A DNA stretch of 64,000 nt from an uncultured Anaerolineaceae bacterium. Lineage in GTDB: Bacteria > Chloroflexota > Anaerolineae > Anaerolineales > UBA11579. Position numbers and translations under genes: made by a program. The stretch lies in the NCBI GenBank assembly GCA_964572455.1, contig CAZNFL010000001.1, positions 732 through 64,731 on the forward strand, written 5' to 3'. Positions 1 to 9,396 of the stretch are shown here, in pieces (positions within the stretch are counted from its first letter, which is position 1; every line of letters begins with the position of its first letter). The notes beneath the pieces were generated by a model, which searched no databases, was not told where the DNA came from, and saw only the letters and a list, made by a program, of their open reading frames with translations.

Positions 1-1
1 C

Positions 2-535
2 GCGATCTTTGACGGCACGGACGCGGTGATGCTTTCGGGCGAGACCGCCGTGGGAAGGTACCCTGTTGAAACCGTCAAAATGATGGATGCAATCGTACGG
101 GAGGCCGAGAGTCACATTCGCCAATGGGGGCACTGGAAGGGGTCGAGCTCATCCGGCGAGCGAGACGACGCGCTCTCCATCACCCGCGCCGCCAAGGAAC
201 TGGCCCAGGACGTAAACGTGGCGGCTATCACCGTATTCACCTCATCCGGGCGCACGGCGCGGCTCATGTCCAAGGCTTTTCCGCGCGTGCCCATCCTGGG
301 CCTCACGCCCGAAGCGCGCACCTATAACCGCATGGCTTTGTATTGGGGCGTTTACCCCATCCTGGTCGATCTATCCCATACTGTGGACGAAATGCTGGCC
401 AGCATCGAGGTCACCACGATGAACATGGCGGCTTTGAAACCCGGCCAACAGGTAGTGGTTATTTCCGGTTACCCCGTTGGCGCCATGCGGCCGCCCAATC
501 TGGTGATGTTGTACACCGTTGGGCAGCAAGCATAA
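2..535 (+). CDS. pyk: pyruvate kinase, C-terminal part (5' end outside window)
   Basis: The frame is open from the window edge. AIFDGTDAVMLSGETAVGRYPVE is the classic pyruvate kinase motif and is followed by the C-terminal regulatory domain. Stop at 533-535. Confidence 0.9.
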   Translation, partial: AIFDGTDAVMLSGETAVGRYPVETVKMMDAIVREAESHIRQWGHWKGSSSSGERDDALSITRAAKELAQDVNVAAITVFTSSGRTARLMSKAFPRVPILGLTPEARTYNRMALYWGVYPILVDLSHTVDEMLASIEVTTMNMAALKPGQQVVVISGYPVGAMRPPNLVMLYTVGQQA

Positions 536-595
536 TAAATATTTCACGGCCGTCTTGGGATAAGCCTCCCCTGACTGCGCGCGTATTTTATACGT

Positions 596-700
596 GTCAT
601 TCTGAGGGCGAAGCCCGAAGAAGTCTCAAAAACCGTCTTCCAAAGAACAGCGGGATTTCAAACGAGGTTACGGTTATCCCTTCGCTTCGCACAGGGTGAC
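596..700. repeat. palindromic intergenic repeat, copy 1 (REP/MITE-like; termini GTCATTCTGAGGGCGAAGCCCGAAG ... CTTCGCTTCGCACAGGGTGAC)
   Basis: Imperfect inverted termini enclose about 50 nt between the convergent pyk and 712..1797 genes. Termini of the same type recur at 4894, 8671 and 9397. Confidence 0.7.
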
Positions 701-711
701 ACAAAACCATT

Positions 712-1797
712 TTAGAGCCTGATCCGCCTGCGATTGATGGGGATGCCCGGGGAGATTTCTTTGCTATGCAGCGACCGGGCATAGGCTAGCGCCCCCAGGC
801 CAGCCCCAAGGGAAAGCAAACCCTGAAATATTAACGGCGCGCCGATCAATTGCAGGGCACCCCCGGCCACAGCGGCGCCGAGTACGGTGAAGGCAGGAGA
901 GATTTGGGCGGCGGCGAACAGCTGGTCCAGGAACTGAAACTGGAAGACGAATACCGCAAGCCCAAAGGTCAGCGCCAAGCCACCCGCGATCAGTAGGGGC
1001 CAGCCCAGCCAGACCAGGAAACTCCTCAGGCCAACGGAGGCCATCCAAGCAGCCAATAAGCCGGCTCCTAAAACAGCCAGCCAACCCCAAGCCAACCAAA
1101 AGCGCAGTTGAATAAGGCTGGCCTTGAGCTCGATCAGCTCCTGCGGTGCGTCGGCGCTATTGGTAACCTGGTCCAGGTCGATCTTATCCGGGGCAGTATT
1201 GATGATGCGCTCGATCAATCCGGTCGAGTGAGCGATCAACTGGCTGTAGAGCGGTTCCGGGGGCCGGCAGCCTGGCAGAGTCTCGGCCTGAGTGGTGACA
1301 TCTTGCAAGGCCAGGTTTTCAGCGGCATCCTGGTTGCATTCAGGCAGCGCATCCAGAAACACAGCTACCAATTGATCGGCTTTCTGGATAGTGCCGATCT
1401 TCCAAGGCGAGAGGTCCACTTGCAGATTAGGAAAGTCAGCTTCCGCATCATTCAGCCAGGCGGAAAATGAGTCGATGACGACATCTACAGTTTCGGACAC
1501 CACGGCCTCCGGGGCAATGATGTCAGTGATCTGGCGCCAGTCTTCTTCGGTTAGTTGAGCGAACACGGCGGCGCTAATTTGCCCCTCGCTGCCCTCGCTG
1601 GAAACCAACTGAGTGGCGCCGCGCCGCGCCAAGCTGCCGGCAAACTCCGAACCCATCAGGCTCTCGTGCACGAACGCCTTGGTCATATCGGCGTCAAAGA
1701 TGAGGGCGCCCAGGTTTCGCATGACTAGGCTTAACGGGAAGGCAATGATAAATAGAATGAGAATAGGCAGGGCAATCAGGCGCAAAAGAAATTTCAC
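712..1797 (-). CDS. hypothetical integral membrane protein
   Basis: 361-aa ORF with an N-terminal TM helix, an acidic soluble middle part and a Gly/Ala/Leu-rich multi-TM C-terminus. I recognise no family. Confidence 0.6.
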   Translation of the reverse strand: MKFLLRLIALPILILFIIAFPLSLVMRNLGALIFDADMTKAFVHESLMGSEFAGSLARRGATQLVSSEGSEGQISAAVFAQLTEEDWRQITDIIAPEAVVSETVDVVIDSFSAWLNDAEADFPNLQVDLSPWKIGTIQKADQLVAVFLDALPECNQDAAENLALQDVTTQAETLPGCRPPEPLYSQLIAHSTGLIERIINTAPDKIDLDQVTNSADAPQELIELKASLIQLRFWLAWGWLAVLGAGLLAAWMASVGLRSFLVWLGWPLLIAGGLALTFGLAVFVFQFQFLDQLFAAAQISPAFTVLGAAVAGGALQLIGAPLIFQGLLSLGAGLGALAYARSLHSKEISPGIPINRRRIRL

Positions 1798-1893
1798 AGG
1801 GCTATGATCCTTGGGGGTGGATACTCCCAGGGATTCTATCCTTTCGGATAGCTATCCACAATCCCGGGATGATTAGTGTTAGGCAAGCGTTCT

Positions 1894-1930
1894 GCCAAAA
1901 ACATGGAGCTTCCCAAGGGAAGCTCCATGT
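1894..1930 (-). terminator. rho-independent terminator downstream of korB
   Basis: Perfect 14-nt inverted repeat ACATGGAGCTTCCC-AA-GGGAAGCTCCATGT (1901..1930), followed on the minus strand by TTTTGG. It lies 10 nt after the korB stop. Confidence 0.75.
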
Positions 1931-1939
1931 TTATTGACT

Positions 1940-3016
1940 CTAGAACATCATCGCATTGGCTTTTTCGATCATGTCCTTTGCCGGTCGCAGATCCTTTTCG
2001 GTCATACGGTTCAACGTGCGCTGCTTGGGCAAGTGGTAAATATCCGCCAAGGAGGGGCGCTCAGGCTCTACATAAATTAGCCCGGTGAGAAGAACCGCGT
2101 CGCTGTGTGACTCCTCGATCAGGCCCATGGCTGCCGCGCGGTTGGAAGGATCGTAATCGCGGTCCAGTTTCTTCAACACAATGGTGGCGCCATCGTGCAG
2201 CTTCACCGTGCGGGTGGTGCCTTCGGGGAACTCGCCAAGCTGGATCTCCTGCTCGCGCGGCACATAGGTGAAATCGTGCAAGGGTTCCTCGTGTTCGCGC
2301 CCCCAGCTATAGGAGTGGCGGGCGTCGTCGGCGTTGTTAAAGGTCACGCAAGGGCTGATGATATCCAGCACCGAAAGGCCGTTATGGCTGAGGGCCGCCT
2401 TGATCAGGGCTTTCACCTGGGTGGCATCACCGGCAAAAGAGCGGGCCACGAAGGTAGCTCCGGAGGCCATGGCCTCCTGAACAATGTCCACGGGGGGATA
2501 GGGATTGGTCCCTTGATATTTCAGGCGCAAGCCGGTTTCCGCCGTGGCGGAAAACTGGCCTTTGGTGAGGCCATACACGCCGTTATTCTCGATGATGTAA
2601 ACCATGGGCACATTGCGGCGCATGACGTGCTTGAACTGGCCCATGCCGATGTTGGTCGTGTCCCCGTCGCCGCTGACGGCGATCGACTTCAGGTGGTGGT
2701 CGCCAAACATAGCGCCGGTAGCCACGGAAGGCATGCGGCCATGCAGGGTATTGAAGCCGAAGCTGCGATTGAGGAAGTAGGCCGGACTCTTGCTGGAACA
2801 GCCAATGCCGCTCAGCTTGATGACGTCTTCCGGCACGATATTCAGCTCGAAAGCCGCCGCGATGATCTGGTTGGAGATCGAGTTGTGGCCGCAGCCGGCG
2901 CACAGCGTGGAAGGCGCGCCGCGGTAATCATTCTTCGATAGCTTCACCAGGTTTAGTTGCACGTTGGTGGCTGGGCTTGCCGCAGTTTTCCCGTTGGTGT
3001 GTCCGTTGTCGCTCAT
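1940..3016 (-). CDS. korB: 2-oxoacid:ferredoxin oxidoreductase, beta (TPP-binding) subunit
   Basis: 358 aa. Contains CAGCGH, SGDGDTTNIGMGQF (TPP GDG motif) and IIENNGVYGLTKGQ. Its start overlaps the korA stop by 4 nt. Confidence 0.88.
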   Translation of the reverse strand: MSDNGHTNGKTAASPATNVQLNLVKLSKNDYRGAPSTLCAGCGHNSISNQIIAAAFELNIVPEDVIKLSGIGCSSKSPAYFLNRSFGFNTLHGRMPSVATGAMFGDHHLKSIAVSGDGDTTNIGMGQFKHVMRRNVPMVYIIENNGVYGLTKGQFSATAETGLRLKYQGTNPYPPVDIVQEAMASGATFVARSFAGDATQVKALIKAALSHNGLSVLDIISPCVTFNNADDARHSYSWGREHEEPLHDFTYVPREQEIQLGEFPEGTTRTVKLHDGATIVLKKLDRDYDPSNRAAAMGLIEESHSDAVLLTGLIYVEPERPSLADIYHLPKQRTLNRMTEKDLRPAKDMIEKANAMMF

Positions 3017-4848
3017 GATTTCTTCTCCTCGGCCAGGATGGCGTCTTTCACCCAGCGGGCACTCAACGACAGGCCGTCGTGTTTGGCGATCGAATGCAGC
3101 TTGGTGGCCATCAGGGGGTAATCCAGCTGCAGCAGTTTGTGCATCTGGCCGTCCCGGTTCATTTCCACCACATACAAATTCTTGTGATTTGCCACGAATT
3201 CGCTGATCGCGTCGGTAAAGGGCACAGCGCGCAACCGCAGATAATCTGTCTTCAGGCCTTCCTCTGCGAGGTAATCGCGCGCCTCCAAAATAGCAGCATC
3301 CGTGGAGCCATAGGAGATGATGCCCACCTCGGCCCCCGGCACAGTTTCCACCACGGGCTGGGGCACATGCTGCCGGGCGGTTTCGAACTTGCGCTTCAGG
3401 CGCAGCATATTTTTCTCCCAGTCTTCGGCGCGCTCACTGTATTTGGCGGCGTCGTTGTGGCCGGTGCCGCGCGCAAACCAGGCGCTGGCGGGGTGCTTGT
3501 TGCCGGGAATTGTGCGATAAGGGATCCCGTCTCCATCTACATCCTTGTATCGCTGCCAGTTTCCCTTAAGCTCTTCCAGATCCTTTTCCCAGAGGACCTT
3601 GCCGCGATCCATGGGCTTCTCGGGATATTCGAAAGGCTTGGTCATCCATTGGTTCATACCCAGGTCCAGATCGCTCATCACAAAGACGGGAGCTTGCATG
3701 CGCTCAGCAAGGTCAAAAGCTCTCCAACCGAACTCGAAGCATTCCTGGGCCGAGCCGGGGATCAGCAGGATCTGTTGCGTGTCGCCATGGCCCAGGTAAT
3801 GCGCCGCCAGGATGTCGCCCTGCGAGGTGCGCGTGGGCAAGCCGGTGCTGGGGCCCACACGCTGGATATCCCAAATGACCACAGGGATCTCCGCATAGTA
3901 GGCCAGGCCGGCGAACTCGGTCATCAGGCTGATGCCCGGGCCGGAGGTAGAGGTCATCGAGCGCAGACCGGACCAGCCCGCACCGACGGCCATGCCAACC
4001 GCGGCCAGCTCGTCCTCGGCCTGCACGATGGCATAGGTCTTGCCATCCTCACCTTCAGTGTCACGGAACGCGGCGATATTTTGAGACAGCGATTCGGCCA
4101 GGCTGGAAGCCGGGGTGATCGGGTACCAGGCGGCGAATTGCATGCCGCCGAAAATAGCGCCGAGGGCGCCGGCGGTGTTGCCGTCGGCCATCACGTAACC
4201 GGCGGTCTTGTCCATCGGCTCTACGCGATAAGGATCAGTCTTCTTGAGATTGGCCACTGACCAGGCATGCGCGGCTTCGATGACGCCCATATTGATGGCG
4301 ATCGGCTTTTCTTTACCGTCGAAGTGATACTCCAGCGCTTCGCGGATCTTTTGCATGTCGATATCCAGCATGTGGGCCAGCACGCCCACATAGGCCATGT
4401 TGGCCACATAGTCGCGTAAGTTGGCCGGGGCAGTGGACTCTTTGGCGAGCTGCTTGGCTGGAAAGCTATAGATGGAAATATCGTCGCGCTTGATCTCAAA
4501 CTTCAAATGGTCGCCGTAGTAGAAAGCCCCGCCTGGCGCCACGCTGGCCAGGTCATCCACGAAGGTGTCGGTATTCATTGCGACGACGACCTCATGCGTG
4601 TTGCGGCGCGCCAGGTAGCCTTGCTTGCTGATGCGGATGGTGTACCAGGTGGGCAAGCCCTGGATGTTTGAGGGGAAAAGGTTCTTCCCCGAAACAGGGA
4701 TACCCATCTTGAACAGAGCGCGCAGCAGGGTCAGGTTAGAGGTTTGGCTGCCGGAACCATTCATGGTAGCGACGGTCATGGCGAAATCGTTGACCACCTC
4801 ACCACCCGGTTTGGTTATCGGTTTTTCTTTTACTTGCGGCGTCGTCAT
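3013..4848 (-). CDS. korA: 2-oxoacid:ferredoxin oxidoreductase, fused gamma-alpha subunit
   Basis: 611 aa. An N-terminal gamma-like domain (GSGSQTSN, LFPSNIQGLPTWY) is fused to the alpha domain (YPITPAS, GPGISLM). This is the two-subunit KorAB architecture. Confidence 0.88.
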   Translation of the reverse strand: MTTPQVKEKPITKPGGEVVNDFAMTVATMNGSGSQTSNLTLLRALFKMGIPVSGKNLFPSNIQGLPTWYTIRISKQGYLARRNTHEVVVAMNTDTFVDDLASVAPGGAFYYGDHLKFEIKRDDISIYSFPAKQLAKESTAPANLRDYVANMAYVGVLAHMLDIDMQKIREALEYHFDGKEKPIAINMGVIEAAHAWSVANLKKTDPYRVEPMDKTAGYVMADGNTAGALGAIFGGMQFAAWYPITPASSLAESLSQNIAAFRDTEGEDGKTYAIVQAEDELAAVGMAVGAGWSGLRSMTSTSGPGISLMTEFAGLAYYAEIPVVIWDIQRVGPSTGLPTRTSQGDILAAHYLGHGDTQQILLIPGSAQECFEFGWRAFDLAERMQAPVFVMSDLDLGMNQWMTKPFEYPEKPMDRGKVLWEKDLEELKGNWQRYKDVDGDGIPYRTIPGNKHPASAWFARGTGHNDAAKYSERAEDWEKNMLRLKRKFETARQHVPQPVVETVPGAEVGIISYGSTDAAILEARDYLAEEGLKTDYLRLRAVPFTDAISEFVANHKNLYVVEMNRDGQMHKLLQLDYPLMATKLHSIAKHDGLSLSARWVKDAILAEEKKS

Positions 4849-4893
4849 AATGCTCCTAGCAATTCTTTCTAATGATTCTCAAACTGCCAACAT

Positions 4894-4997
4894 GTCATTC
4901 CGAGCGAAGCGAGGAATCCCTTAGGGCACTGGAAGGATGTTGATGACTTCGAATGACCGAAGGATTCCTCGTCGGGCGGCGCCCTGCTCGGAATGAC
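4894..4997. repeat. palindromic intergenic repeat, copy 2 (GTCATTCCGAGCGAAGCGAGGAATCC ... GGATTCCTCGTCGGGCGGCGCCCTGCTCGGAATGAC)
   Basis: Inverted termini of the same family as 596..700. It sits between the korA start and the gntR-like stop and has an internal extra CGAATGAC half-site. Confidence 0.7.
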
Positions 4998-5022
4998 AGA
5001 CATAAAGCCTTTTGTGTTCATT

Positions 5023-5691
5023 TCATTCCGGGCGCTTATCGATCAGCTCGAAATGTTCATTCAACAATTGGTGACCTTTCGCCAGATCGCCAGCGGCGAT
5101 GGCTTCCACGATGCGCCGGTGCATGACCCACACTTGCTTGAGGTAGGCGATACCGGCGTAACGGCTGAGGCCGACTTCTTCGTACGCGGACCAGTAGGCT
5201 TCAAGCAAACCGAGCACAAAAGGGTTTTCCACATGGCGGAAAATGGTGAGGTGCAGCTCGCGGTGCTCGGCATGCGGCACGCGGATGGGATCGCCTTGCA
5301 GCAACTCCTCGGCGCGCTGCACCAGGCTGCGCAGATGGCTGATGTCCTCAGCCGTGAGCTTTTCGACGGCCTCGGACCAATAGGCGCGTTCCAGGTGCCT
5401 GCGCACGTCGGCGAACTGGTCGAAGGCGTGCCGATCGCGGGCCATGGCGTAGAACAGGCTCTCGCGAACTGCCGGCGCAAACGTGTATGGCAGCCGGCGA
5501 ATCCCGGTGCGCGGGCGCACCTCGACCAGGCCCAGAGCGCGGGCCACCTGCAGTTGCTCGCGCAGCACCGAGATGCTCACGCCGTACTTGGCGCTAAGCG
5601 CCTCCAGGGACGGCAGGTGCTCATCTTGGCCGTTGGTGCTGCCGTTGGCCAGATACTGTATGAAATCGAATGATTTAGTCGTCTTGAGCAT
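5023..5691 (-). CDS. GntR/FadR-family transcriptional regulator (wHTH plus FCD domain)
   Basis: 222 aa. The N-terminal segment LPSLEALSAKYGVSISVLREQLQVARALGLVEVRPRTG is a GntR HTH. The C-terminus is helical with FCD-like His residues. Confidence 0.8.
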   Translation of the reverse strand: MLKTTKSFDFIQYLANGSTNGQDEHLPSLEALSAKYGVSISVLREQLQVARALGLVEVRPRTGIRRLPYTFAPAVRESLFYAMARDRHAFDQFADVRRHLERAYWSEAVEKLTAEDISHLRSLVQRAEELLQGDPIRVPHAEHRELHLTIFRHVENPFVLGLLEAYWSAYEEVGLSRYAGIAYLKQVWVMHRRIVEAIAAGDLAKGHQLLNEHFELIDKRPE

Positions 5692-5782
5692 AATTCCTCT
5701 GATAAAAGCAATTGGTTATATTAATCAGATGAATATTAGGATCAAATTATAAGTCAACTAAAAAGAAACGTCAAGAACGAAA

Positions 5783-6148
5783 CTATTTGGCCTGAAACAA
5801 CTCGATTGGATTACCCGATGGATCGTCCAACAGGATCTGCTGACCGCCTGGCCCACTGATAATTTCATTACGGAAGATAGCGCCGGTTGTTTTGAGTTGA
5901 TTCACTAACCCCGCCAAATTATCCACCTCAATTACCAACCGGTTCCAGCCGCCGGGTTCCGGCTGGCGGCCATCGGGCATCGGCCGCGAGGCAGAAGCTT
6001 GCGGGCCGGCAAGCCACAATGACAAGTCACCGCGCTCCACGATGGCAAATGCGTCGCCATATCTTTCACTCAATTTGAAATTCAATCGTACGGTGTAAAA
6101 CTCAACGCTTTTCCCCACATCTTTGACGATGTAACGTACAACAGCCAT
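5783..6148 (-). CDS. VOC/glyoxalase-bleomycin resistance family protein
   Basis: 121 aa. Typical VOC pattern: VKDVGKSVEFY ... GGWNRLVIEVDNL ... LLDDPSGNPIELFQ. Confidence 0.8.
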   Translation of the reverse strand: MAVVRYIVKDVGKSVEFYTVRLNFKLSERYGDAFAIVERGDLSLWLAGPQASASRPMPDGRQPEPGGWNRLVIEVDNLAGLVNQLKTTGAIFRNEIISGPGGQQILLDDPSGNPIELFQAK

Positions 6149-6162
6149 TTTTTAGAAAGTTA

Positions 6163-7116
6163 TTAATCGTCCGTCTTGGGCTTGGTGGCGTAATTGGCCT
6201 TGCCGCAATCACAGCCGCCGTTCTCGTGGCGGTCACAGGGACTTTCGGACTTGCGGCGCAGGGCTTCCAACTCGTCCCAGGGCTCGACTTCGTGTTTGAG
6301 GAATTCGGCGCGCTTGCCTTCGGCAAGCACTACGATGATAGATTGCTTCAGGGGAGCCACGTCGATCACTTTGCCCTTACCCAGCGGGGTAACCACCTCT
6401 TTACCGCGCTTGGGCAGCACCTTGCGGGCCTCGACATATTGCTCATATTCATAGACCAGGCAACAGCGCAGGCGGCCGCACATGCCGGTGATCTCGCTGG
6501 GGTCCAGCGAGATGCCCTGGGCCTTGGCCATCTTGATCGAGATCGGGCTGAACTCAGTGAGAAACATGGAGCAGCAGCGCGTTTCCAGGCCGCAGGCACC
6601 CATGCCGCCCAGGATCTTGGCGACGTCGCGGGGTCCGACGCGGCGGAACTCCACCCGGGATTTGCCATATTTTTGCTGCATCTCTTTCTGCAGCCTTCCC
6701 AGGTCTCTTTCTTCGTCCTTCTCGGTGTTGTAAAGCAAGGTCAGCGATTGGCCGTCGAAAGTAAATTCCGCCTTGACGATCTTGACGCCTTCATACTTAA
6801 GCTCCGCGGCGGCAGCCCGGCACTCGATCATGGCTTCGACTTCTTTTTTCTGCCAGTCCTTGTGTTTTTCCAGATCAGTTTCGCTGGCCTTGCGTTCGAT
6901 AGCCTTCCAACTCCCCTGCTGCGGCTCGGGGGGCTTATCCAGGCGCTGGACAACCTGGCCGATCTGCACGCCGCGGCTGGTTTCCACAATAGCGTAGTCG
7001 CCTGGCTTCAGGTCGGGGATCTTGGTGGCGTCAAAATGATAGAGCTTGCCTATCTTCTGAAAACGTACACCCACGATCTGGGGTGAAGCGGTCTGGGTCG
7101 GTTGGGCTTCAGTCAT
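6163..7116 (-). CDS. PSP1 C-terminal domain protein (YaaT/RicT-like)
   Basis: 317 aa. GACGLETRCCSMFLTEFSPISIKMAKAQGISLDPSEITGMCGRLRCCLVYEYEQY is the hallmark PSP1/YaaT Cys-rich block. Confidence 0.85.
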   Translation of the reverse strand: MTEAQPTQTASPQIVGVRFQKIGKLYHFDATKIPDLKPGDYAIVETSRGVQIGQVVQRLDKPPEPQQGSWKAIERKASETDLEKHKDWQKKEVEAMIECRAAAAELKYEGVKIVKAEFTFDGQSLTLLYNTEKDEERDLGRLQKEMQQKYGKSRVEFRRVGPRDVAKILGGMGACGLETRCCSMFLTEFSPISIKMAKAQGISLDPSEITGMCGRLRCCLVYEYEQYVEARKVLPKRGKEVVTPLGKGKVIDVAPLKQSIIVVLAEGKRAEFLKHEVEPWDELEALRRKSESPCDRHENGGCDCGKANYATKPKTDD

Positions 7117-7125
7117 CTGTACAGG

Positions 7126-8217
7126 TTACTCGTCTTCTATTCTAATCGGGATTGCCTGGCTTTGCGTGGCCAAGGCGGCCACAGAAGCCAGCAGCGAAAG
7201 CTCAGCGGCGATGGCTTGCAGCGCCCTGGCCGCCTCGGAATCGGGATGGGTGTGCACGATGGGCTTGCCCGCATCGCTGCCCGCCCGCACCTGCGCCTCC
7301 AGGGGAATGCTCCCGATCAAAGGCACGTCGAATTCCTTAGCCAAAATCTCACCGCCCCCGCGGCCAAAGACTTCGAGGCGCTTGCCATCTGGCAGGAGCA
7401 TGTAGCTCATATTCTCGATCACGCCCATCAGTGGGACACGTAATTGGCGGAACATTTCGGCGCCGCGGCGGGCGTCATCGACGGATACTTTTTGCGGCAA
7501 GGTGACGATGACCCCGCCGCTCAGCGGGGTGGTCTGCGCCAGGGAGAGCTGCACATCGCCGGTACCGGGGGGCATGTCCACGATCAAATAATCCAGCTCG
7601 CCCCACTCCACATCATTGATGAACTGCTGCATGGCCTTGTGCAGCATGGGACCGCGCCACACCATAGCCTGCTCCGGTTTCACCAGGAAGCCGATGGACA
7701 TCATTTTGACGCCGTAGGCTTCGGCGGGCGTCAGCCGCCCGCTGTTATCCGGCGGCTTGGGCAAGCGTTCCACGCCCATCATGGTGGGAATGTTGGGGCC
7801 GTAGATATCCGCATCCAGCAGCCCTATGCGCGCCCCCGCCTGAGCGAGCGCCACGGCCACGTTGGCGGCCACGGTGCTCTTGCCCACGCCGCCCTTGCCG
7901 GAGGCAATGGCGATCACGTTCTTGACGCCGGCGGCCAGGCCGGCGCGCACGCGGCCGTCGGCGGGCACCTCGGCGGCCATTTCGATCTTTATTTTTTCTG
8001 CGCCTGCCTTTTGCAAGGCGGTGCGAGTTTCTTTTTCAATTTGCTCAGCGAAGGGGTGAAGCGGTGTGGCCAGCGCCAACCGCAGACTAACCTCAGCCCC
8101 ATTTACGCGCAAATCACGCACCACATTCAGAGCGATCAAATCCCTCTTCAACGCGGGGTCTTGCACCTTGCTCAACGCAGAAAGGACGGATTCTTGAGTG
8201 ATCTGTGGTTGCGCCAT
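7126..8217 (-). CDS. apbC: Mrp/ApbC/NBP35-family Fe-S cluster carrier ATPase
   Basis: 363 aa. N-terminal DUF59-like domain, deviant Walker A SGKGGVGKST, and LDYLIVDMPPGTGD. Confidence 0.88.
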   Translation of the reverse strand: MAQPQITQESVLSALSKVQDPALKRDLIALNVVRDLRVNGAEVSLRLALATPLHPFAEQIEKETRTALQKAGAEKIKIEMAAEVPADGRVRAGLAAGVKNVIAIASGKGGVGKSTVAANVAVALAQAGARIGLLDADIYGPNIPTMMGVERLPKPPDNSGRLTPAEAYGVKMMSIGFLVKPEQAMVWRGPMLHKAMQQFINDVEWGELDYLIVDMPPGTGDVQLSLAQTTPLSGGVIVTLPQKVSVDDARRGAEMFRQLRVPLMGVIENMSYMLLPDGKRLEVFGRGGGEILAKEFDVPLIGSIPLEAQVRAGSDAGKPIVHTHPDSEAARALQAIAAELSLLASVAALATQSQAIPIRIEDE

Positions 8218-8264
8218 CGTTATTGGTTCCTTTTCCCCTCGAAAGCCCGCATGTCATAAGCTGT

Positions 8265-8290
8265 TAGGGGCGCACGGCCGTGCGCCCCTA
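8265..8290. repeat. GC-rich perfect palindrome TAGGGGCGCAC-GGCC-GTGCGCCCCTA
   Basis: An 11-bp perfect stem with a 4-nt loop, between the 4-Cys ORF stop (8351) and the mrp start (8217). It could act as an intra-operon hairpin or REP. A truncated GTAGGGGCG occurs at about 31028. Confidence 0.6.
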
Positions 8291-8350
8291 CAACGCTTAT
8301 TTTGAAATAGTGCCAGACTGGTACGAATTCAAACCAATAGCCAGGCAACA

Positions 8351-8662
8351 CTAAACTATCTTGGCCACGTCTTTTGCAGCTTTTTCCACCATCTTCACCA
8401 GCGCCTTCTCGCCGCCACGATAGCGCCTGACCGCATCCTGGGCGCAAAGCGTGCAGCCTTTCATTGCCCGGAACGAATCTGCATTGCAAGTCTGGCAACC
8501 ATCAATACGGGCCATCGCCAGCACAAAGCTGACTGCCTCTTTGGAATCCGGCGCGGCTTTGGTTGCCTTATCCGCCAGCTTGCGCCAGTCGGCACCGTGC
8601 AGGTCGCGCAGCGCGGAGGCTACTCTAAGTGGAAAGATGAGTTCGGTATCTTCGTTATACAT
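8351..8662 (-). CDS. hypothetical small protein with CxxC-x11-CxxC motif
   Basis: 103-aa ORF. GCQTCNADSFRAMKGCTLCAQD is a zinc-knuckle or Fe-S-like 4-Cys motif. Amino-acid composition looks coding. No family recognised and the SD is weak. Confidence 0.5.
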   Translation of the reverse strand: MYNEDTELIFPLRVASALRDLHGADWRKLADKATKAAPDSKEAVSFVLAMARIDGCQTCNADSFRAMKGCTLCAQDAVRRYRGGEKALVKMVEKAAKDVAKIV

Positions 8663-8670
8663 ATCTTTTC

Positions 8671-8756
8671 GTCATTGCGAGGAGGGCGAACGTAGCGAGC
8701 CCGACGTGGCAATCTCCACCTTTGACAGGAGATTGCTTCGCTCCGCTCGCAATGAC
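8671..8756. repeat. palindromic intergenic repeat, copy 3 (GTCATTGCGAGGAGGGCGAAC...GGCAATCTCC / GGAGATTGCTTCGCTCCGCTCGCAATGAC)
   Basis: Inverted termini immediately downstream of the nuoI stop (8761). The spurious ORF across it reads GDCFAPLAMT, the familiar signature of this repeat class. Confidence 0.75.
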
Positions 8757-8760
8757 TGGT

Positions 8761-9378
8761 CTATGCAGCCGCCCGTGCGGCAGCCGCTTCGGCCTTCTTG
8801 GCTACGTCAGCGGCGCGGGCAGCTTCCTCGCGGGTGTAATTGGTCGGGCGGATCTCGGCGTAGTACGAGGTCGGCTTGGAGAGCTTTTCTTTGTTGTAAA
8901 TGTGCTCTGTGTGCCGGTCGTACGAAGACAGCTCATAGTCGTGATCCATCTTGATGGCATCGAATGGACAATATTCGGCGCAATAGCCGCAGTTCATGCA
9001 GATGTCGATATCGATGAAGAACTCAACCGGCTCAGGCACCGGGCGCTTGGTCACCGGGTCTTCGGTGCGCACGATCCAGATGCATTGCGGCGGGCAGACC
9101 TTGGCGCAAATGCCACACGAGGTGCAGCGGTCGTGGGCGTGGCCATGTTCATCCACATCAAAAAGTAGGAAGGGCATGAAGCGAAATTCCTCAGGGACCG
9201 GCAGCTTCTCTTCCGGATATTGCACGGTGAAAATACCCTTGGCGTCCTTGTTACGACGATGCTCAATACCTTCGGGCGTGTAATAGCGCTTTGCCCCCCA
9301 GCGGATATCGTCCACAAAGCTCTCGATGAAGTGGGTCAGGGTCACCCACATGCCTTTTAGAATGCCGATACCGTACAT
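8761..9378 (-). CDS. nuoI: NADH-quinone oxidoreductase subunit I (2x[4Fe-4S] ferredoxin)
   Basis: 205 aa. Contains CTSCGICAKVCP and CMNCGYCAEYCP. The N-terminal ILKGMWVTLTHF is typical of NuoI. It has an Ala-rich C-terminal tail. Confidence 0.88.
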   Translation of the reverse strand: MYGIGILKGMWVTLTHFIESFVDDIRWGAKRYYTPEGIEHRRNKDAKGIFTVQYPEEKLPVPEEFRFMPFLLFDVDEHGHAHDRCTSCGICAKVCPPQCIWIVRTEDPVTKRPVPEPVEFFIDIDICMNCGYCAEYCPFDAIKMDHDYELSSYDRHTEHIYNKEKLSKPTSYYAEIRPTNYTREEAARAADVAKKAEAAAARAAA

Positions 9379-9396
9379 TACAGAATCTCCATTGCT

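Noticed and set aside
3079-4260. Long antisense ORFs inside real genes. Examples: 393 aa opposite korA; 305 aa at 25105..26022 opposite minD; 269 aa at 27387..28196 opposite gltX; 265 and 312 aa opposite copA; 248 aa opposite korB.
   Set aside because: This is the typical high-GC artefact. The ORFs are Arg/Gly/Ala/His-rich with no domains, and each fully overlaps a gene with unmistakable family motifs on the other strand.
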